Assembly: GCA_046538155.1 (NCBI GenBank)
Contig: JBKHJL010000010.1
Span: 1-30,734 of the forward strand
Length of the DNA stretch: 30,734 nt
DNA from: Candidatus Micrarchaeia archaeon
GTDB lineage: Archaea > Micrarchaeota > Micrarchaeia > Anstonellales > Bilamarchaeaceae
Direction of reading: 5' to 3'
A program made the position numbers and the translations under genes. The notes beneath the pieces were generated by a model. The model searched no databases. It was given only the letters and a program-made list of their open reading frames with translations, and was not told the origin of the DNA. Positions 26,437 through 30,734 of the stretch are shown here, piece after piece (the stretch's first letter is position 1; every line of letters starts with the position of its first letter).

Positions 26437-26943
26437 TTATTCCTTGTGCAGCTTTGCTTCGCGTATGCTTGCAAACTCGTTCAGGATTTCTGCCTGGGCG
26501 GCAAGAGAGGATGCGGTTGAAAAAAGCCTGAGTGCGGAGTCGCCCCATGCATCATCTGTTTTTCCGGGAATTTCAACCGCAGAAATATGACCTGCAGTAA
26601 CCTGGCACTCCCTGGCTCTGCTCCTGAGCGCTTCCGGGGAATCAGTATCTGAAATTGAGGATAGGAAAGCTTCATCATAAACTGCATATGCAAGGTCAAA
26701 GAAATAAGCTTCCTCCCAAAGTTCCTGGCCCTTAACCAGGAAATGCTGCTCAGGACCGGGACGGCTCTGGAGGAGGAATGCTGAAATGCGCCTCCTCTTC
26801 ATTGCCTCTTCCCTGAGCTTTTCCGGCCGTCCGCTCTCTATGGCATCCTTCCCGAGCGAGAGGGCCTTTTCAAGCTTTTTTCTGAATTTTGGCTTGGGAA
26901 CAAAAGGTAGAGCGGTATTCCTGTATAATACAACTGAAGCCAT
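26437..26943 (-). CDS. Hypothetical helical protein
   Basis: 168-aa ORF; TATA at 26969-26975. Confidence 0.7.
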   Translation of the reverse strand: MASVVLYRNTALPFVPKPKFRKKLEKALSLGKDAIESGRPEKLREEAMKRRRISAFLLQSRPGPEQHFLVKGQELWEEAYFFDLAYAVYDEAFLSSISDTDSPEALRSRARECQVTAGHISAVEIPGKTDDAWGDSALRLFSTASSLAAQAEILNEFASIREAKLHKE

Positions 26944-26993
26944 GGGGCAGGATTAAGAATAGGAATACTTAAAAAGAAGAGCGCATCCCGGGT

Positions 26994-27146
26994 TCATGCT
27001 CCGGAAGCTGATTTCAGTTTTTCCTGGCATTCTGGGCAGAACAGGCGCATACCTGTAGGGGTGGCCCTGGACCTCCATCCCCTCGGGAGGGAATAGGAGC
27101 GGTCTTTTACCCTTTTTCTGCATCCTTCGCATACATGATAAATCAA
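26994..27146 (-). CDS. 50-aa CxxC-CxxC zinc-finger micro-protein
   Basis: MIYHVCEGCRKRVKDRSYSLPRGWRSRATPTGMRLFCPECQEKLKSASGA*; TTG start 6 nt after GAGGTG (27153-27158). Confidence 0.75.
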   Translation of the reverse strand: MIYHVCEGCRKRVKDRSYSLPRGWRSRATPTGMRLFCPECQEKLKSASGA

Positions 27147-27253
27147 ATTCTACACCTCAAAAAACTCACGCAACCACACAAAAATCAGCGCAAGAACAAT
27201 AGTATTACGCAGCCACAGTATTTAAACCTGCGTTTTTTCAGGGATTATTGCGC

Positions 27254-27496
27254 TCAAAGCTCCTTCTTTTCTGCCTTTGGCATGCGCTTTATGTCGCAAA
27301 TTCCTCCGCAGGTATCTATCCCAAGATATTTGTAGACCCAGCACTTTCCCCAAAGCCCGGTAACTATCAAAATAGCTCCCAGCAACATAAGGGGGTAGGA
27401 AAGGGGTGGGGTGAGGAACAGCAGAGAACCGGTTATAAAAGCGATTCCGAAAACTACGCGGAACACTCTGTCAATTATCCCTACATTTTTCTTCAT
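27254..27496 (-). CDS. DUF2892/YgaP-family membrane protein
   Basis: MKKNVGIIDRVFRVVFG..TGLWGKCWVYKYLGIDTC. Confidence 0.92.
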   Translation of the reverse strand: MKKNVGIIDRVFRVVFGIAFITGSLLFLTPPLSYPLMLLGAILIVTGLWGKCWVYKYLGIDTCGGICDIKRMPKAEKKEL

Positions 27497-27544
27497 GGAA
27501 AAGATAGGACGTGTATAAATATAAATGTTTTCTATCCGCAGCCA

Positions 27545-27757
27545 CTATCTCCTTTCCCTCCTGGTTCTCATGGAAAACAGGGGTTCCCATGGGACCGGGC
27601 CCTCAGGATTCTTCGGCAGCTCTTCAAGCGGGACTACTTTGGGGGGAAGCTGGAATCCGGGGGATAGCTGGCGTATCTTCTTTGCATCATCCTCCATCAT
27701 CTCGCGGCCGGGACCCATTCCCAGCCCCAGCTCAGGAGCGCTTTTCTTTTTTTCCAT
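27545..27757 (-). CDS. Small Pro-rich hypothetical protein
   Basis: ATG at 27757 with TTTTAAA about 23 nt upstream. Confidence 0.5.
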   Translation of the reverse strand: MEKKKSAPELGLGMGPGREMMEDDAKKIRQLSPGFQLPPKVVPLEELPKNPEGPVPWEPLFSMRTRRERR

Positions 27758-27812
27758 AATTGTATTTAGAAAAACAAGGTTTAAAACATCTCTTAATCCA
27801 CGAATAAGAATA

Positions 27813-28088
27813 CTATCTTGCATTTCCGGAAAATTCCTTCTCAATTTTCCTGATTATTGAATCAGGGTCTGCACCCGCTCTCACAAGCCTGAGCATCTCC
27901 GGCTCATTATTGTTCTTAAATGCTGCAAACAGCCGGATATTCAGTTCAGCTGCTTTTAGGTTTCCGGGGCGTAGTTGGGCATGTGCTTCCTGGAGCCTGT
28001 CCCTTTTCATAAAATATCTCAGCCTGAGGTGTTCCCTGAAGCCAGTTATTGCATTTTCTGGATTTTTTATGAAAGTGGTGGGAGTCAT
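27813..28088 (-). CDS. Small protein with a single ankyrin-like repeat
   Basis: LNIRLFAAFKNNNEPEMLRLVRAGADPD. Confidence 0.6.
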   Translation of the reverse strand: MTPTTFIKNPENAITGFREHLRLRYFMKRDRLQEAHAQLRPGNLKAAELNIRLFAAFKNNNEPEMLRLVRAGADPDSIIRKIEKEFSGNAR

Positions 28089-28300
28089 AGTTACACTAGT
28101 TGTTGGAGTGTTGTGATATTATATGTTTTAAAAAGTAACGTATTTGCAGTGGAAACACTGGAAACCCCCTGCATCTCCTTCTTTATAAATAAGGGAATTC
28201 CTGCTAATTGCAGGTGTTCTGGATGGAATGGGCATGGGAAAAAGAACTGGATTGAGTGGGTTCCTTTCACACAAAAGGGAGGTGGGCTTATTCATCCTGG

Positions 28301-29725
28301 TTATTTTTTCCCTTTTTTCTTCCCGGTTTTTTTGCGGGAAGAGTTCCTGATGAGCTGTTCTATCTGGGTGTGGCCTTCCAGTTTTGCATAATTCGCTGCA
28401 TTTTTTTTGTGGGTGTCCCTGTATACAGGATTTGCTCCAAGAGAAAGCAGCAGCTTAACTGATTTTGTATTTCCTTCCCATGCAGCAAGCATGAGCGCGG
28501 TCTGCTTTGATTCGTTCCTCTGGTTCAGCCTGGCGCCATTGTAATAAAGAAGGGAAATTGAATCAGCACGGTCTTCGGTTGCTGCAGCCATAAGCGGAGT
28601 GTTGCCCAGGCCGTCCGGCACATTAGGGTCCACCCCTTCAATTTTCAAAATCTGCCGGAGTACCTCAGGGCTTTTGTGCTCTGCAGCACGGTGGAGAATC
28701 GTCTGGCCTGCTGCATCTTTTTCATCAAGAGGCATTCCCACACGGCATATTATCAGGGCGGCGCGTGCAGGGTCTCCTTTCTGTACCTCCCTAAACAGCG
28801 TTTTTTTGAGGCGGGGCTTCTCGTTTCTTGGGCACCGGCTCCAGGTAACTAGCTTGTGGAAAATCCTGTGGATATTATCTTCATGCCTGGCTAGTGAATT
28901 CGAATCAGAAAGCAAAGGCCCTCGCGCAGGAGAGCCACGGAAATTCCTTTGGGCAGGAAAAGGGGTTTCAGGTGCTTCGGGAATATAGGAATCAAGCTTT
29001 TTGGGATCTTCAAAAATGCTTTCAGGTTCTGAAGCAGCTTCATCCGGGGGCTCCTGCTCATCAAACAATTTAAGAAAATCATCTCCTGTAAATTCATTTT
29101 TTGGGATGCCGGGCAAATCTGGGTCCTGTTTTTTACCTGAATCTTTTTTTGGGTTCCTGAAGGACGTTCCTTCTTGTCTCTTGTCTTCCAGGCCAATGCG
29201 CCCCCAGAAACCCTCCTTCCTGTTTCTTATTACCGCATCCTGGGGGAAAAATCTGCAAAAATCCCTCCTTGAAGAAATGTTGAATAGGGAAATGCCTTTC
29301 CTGCAAAGAGCAACATATGTTTCCGCGGGAATACTGTGAATGTCCTTTTTTAGAAGACCGCGTTCCCTAAGATATACCGTAAGGGGATTATCTGCAAAAT
29401 CCATCACGCGCCTTTTCTGCCTAGGGGCAAGCCCGGCTTTTGCTATGTTTTCCCTGCTCGCCCTTACACAATGATAAACAGGTTCCGGCGCAATCTTCCT
29501 AAATTCAGATATCTTTCTTATTCCCCTTTCCCTTGCAAGCCAGCGGGCATAAGCAAGCTTTTGCGCAACCCCTTTTGTTTTCCAGTATTTTCCACAGTTT
29601 GGACCCCTACCCAATCTGTCCATCTCCTTAAATTTCTTCCCGTTTCGGGACTCGGCTTCCCCGGCAGGAACCCCTGAACCCGGAGCCGCCTTCATAAGTA
29701 TGGGTTGATTCATAAATTGCACCAT
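28301..29725 (-). CDS. Ankyrin-repeat protein
   Basis: GQTILHRAA, GNTPLMAAA, KQTALMLAAWEG..LLLSLGANP, KNAANYA; TATA at 29751. Confidence 0.92.
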   Translation of the reverse strand: MVQFMNQPILMKAAPGSGVPAGEAESRNGKKFKEMDRLGRGPNCGKYWKTKGVAQKLAYARWLARERGIRKISEFRKIAPEPVYHCVRASRENIAKAGLAPRQKRRVMDFADNPLTVYLRERGLLKKDIHSIPAETYVALCRKGISLFNISSRRDFCRFFPQDAVIRNRKEGFWGRIGLEDKRQEGTSFRNPKKDSGKKQDPDLPGIPKNEFTGDDFLKLFDEQEPPDEAASEPESIFEDPKKLDSYIPEAPETPFPAQRNFRGSPARGPLLSDSNSLARHEDNIHRIFHKLVTWSRCPRNEKPRLKKTLFREVQKGDPARAALIICRVGMPLDEKDAAGQTILHRAAEHKSPEVLRQILKIEGVDPNVPDGLGNTPLMAAATEDRADSISLLYYNGARLNQRNESKQTALMLAAWEGNTKSVKLLLSLGANPVYRDTHKKNAANYAKLEGHTQIEQLIRNSSRKKTGKKKGKK

Positions 29726-29788
29726 TGTGGGGGTAAAATGGGTAGAAGTGTTTAAAAAAGGTTTGAAATTCTGGAAAAAAAAGTATAA

Positions 29789-30613
29789 TCACTCTTTTCC
29801 TGGGCCAACGAATCCGGGAGCAAGGAAATCCCTCCTGTGCCGGGTTATGAACCTGATTTTATTGGGATGGCAGATTACTCCGAGGAAAATATCCGTAAAC
29901 CTCCTGCCCTTTCCCAAGTAAAGGGCATCAACCAGGCAAAGGCGCAAGCCCAGGCCTTTGCTTATGCTTTCGGGGGAAGGAAGGGAATCCAGTTCCCTCT
30001 TGAGCTCCATTGCGAGTTTCTGGTGTATTTGTCTGCTTCCGCCATCAATAAGCGCTGCAAAAAACAGCACGCCTGTTTCTTCCGGGGAAGCGTAGACAGA
30101 ACGATTCAGCTCCCTTACCGTAATCATAAGAGAATCCATTTTCCCTGACAAGACAACTTTGGGGGTAATTACTGCAGGCGGCAGGAGCAGATTTGAGCGG
30201 ATAAATCTCTGCAGCATCCTCCGCTCCCCTGGATTTTTGCTGCAATGCCTGCATGCAACAGAAACAAGATTTCCTTTTCTTATTTCATTGCGTAGCTCAA
30301 AATACTTTTTCAGTATCTCAAAATCTTCAGGTGTGAGAACGGAGGACCTGTTAAGCCCCCCATGTGCAGCAACCTCCTTTTTTTCAAAATCAAGATTGAA
30401 GGATACGGAAATTCTGCCGCTGCCGGACCTAGAGGATTCCCCTTTGGGTAGGCGGGAGGAAAAAACCCTCCTTAGCCGGGCTGGGGGGATACCTAATCTT
30501 TCAGCGGCTTTTGGAAAATGCACCATTGCGCCTTTTTCCCCTGGAAGTACCAGCCCGGAGGAGTTTTCACGTTTTGCAGGAAAAACAGGACCCGCACTTC
30601 TTTTCGGTGGCAT
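29789..30613 (-). CDS. Orphan basic protein, paralogue of 19391-20152
   Basis: Probable start MPPKRS at 30613 with TTTTTAT at 30639-30645; motifs shared with 19391-20152. Confidence 0.72.
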   Translation of the reverse strand: MPPKRSAGPVFPAKRENSSGLVLPGEKGAMVHFPKAAERLGIPPARLRRVFSSRLPKGESSRSGSGRISVSFNLDFEKKEVAAHGGLNRSSVLTPEDFEILKKYFELRNEIRKGNLVSVACRHCSKNPGERRMLQRFIRSNLLLPPAVITPKVVLSGKMDSLMITVRELNRSVYASPEETGVLFFAALIDGGSRQIHQKLAMELKRELDSLPSPESISKGLGLRLCLVDALYLGKGRRFTDIFLGVICHPNKIRFITRHRRDFLAPGFVGPGKE

Positions 30614-30734
30614 TGAGGGCACTTGTGCTGAGGAAGTGATAAAAAGGGATGTGTTGGGTGAGGGAAAGGGAAATTTTGGGAGTGGGCAAAAATGTGAGAA
30701 TACTGGTATTAAAAGATTATGATGCATAATATGC

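Noticed and set aside
27545..28088. Two adjacent ORFs as one frameshifted gene
   Set aside because: The downstream ORF has its own TATA-like box and ATG at 27757; no domain continuity
28183..28300. TATA, RBS and short ORF MEWAWEKELD
   Set aside because: Too short to assign; it may be a remnant but this cannot be supported
30614..30727. N-terminal extension of the last ORF
   Set aside because: Low-complexity Pro/Phe sequence spanning a TATA-like box; the ATG at 30613 fits better

Overview
Archaeal chromosomal fragment, inferred to be DPANN and most like Micrarchaeota. The basis is TATA-type promoters about 25 nt upstream of many starts, GGTGA/GGAGG ribosome-binding sites, archaeal-type ATP-dependent ligase, SelB-like and ATPase genes, and many basic orphan proteins. 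No rRNA, tRNA, CRISPR array or integrase was seen. Left end (1-4.4 kb): a RelE-type toxin-antitoxin (TA) pair and an RNase J-like beta-CASP metallo-beta-lactamase (MBL) gene. Downstream of it, two cargo blocks (hicAB; an AAA ATPase/PD-(D/E)XK gene) are each followed by a diverged copy of the last ~28 codons of the MBL gene, beginning at a shared TTCCGGTGCA core. This looks like a cassette-accretion hotspot. Middle: housekeeping and stress genes (DEAD-box helicase, HAD hydrolase, CEO-synthase-like dehydrogenase, SelB-like protein, Csp, ABC-2 transporter, APC permease, Hsp20, ligase-PolX, MscL), a secreted beta-strand-rich transglutaminase-like protein, and a degenerate bacterial-type sigma-70 gene under an archaeal promoter. 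Right end: orphan, HEAT-repeat and ankyrin proteins with basic disordered N-termini. Elements missed or mis-called by the ORF track include a collapsed MNT-HEPN pseudogene, a collapsed msrA-like remnant, a 50-aa zinc-finger micro-protein and a homopolymer-frameshifted repeat protein. All family calls come from motif recognition by eye, without database searches.
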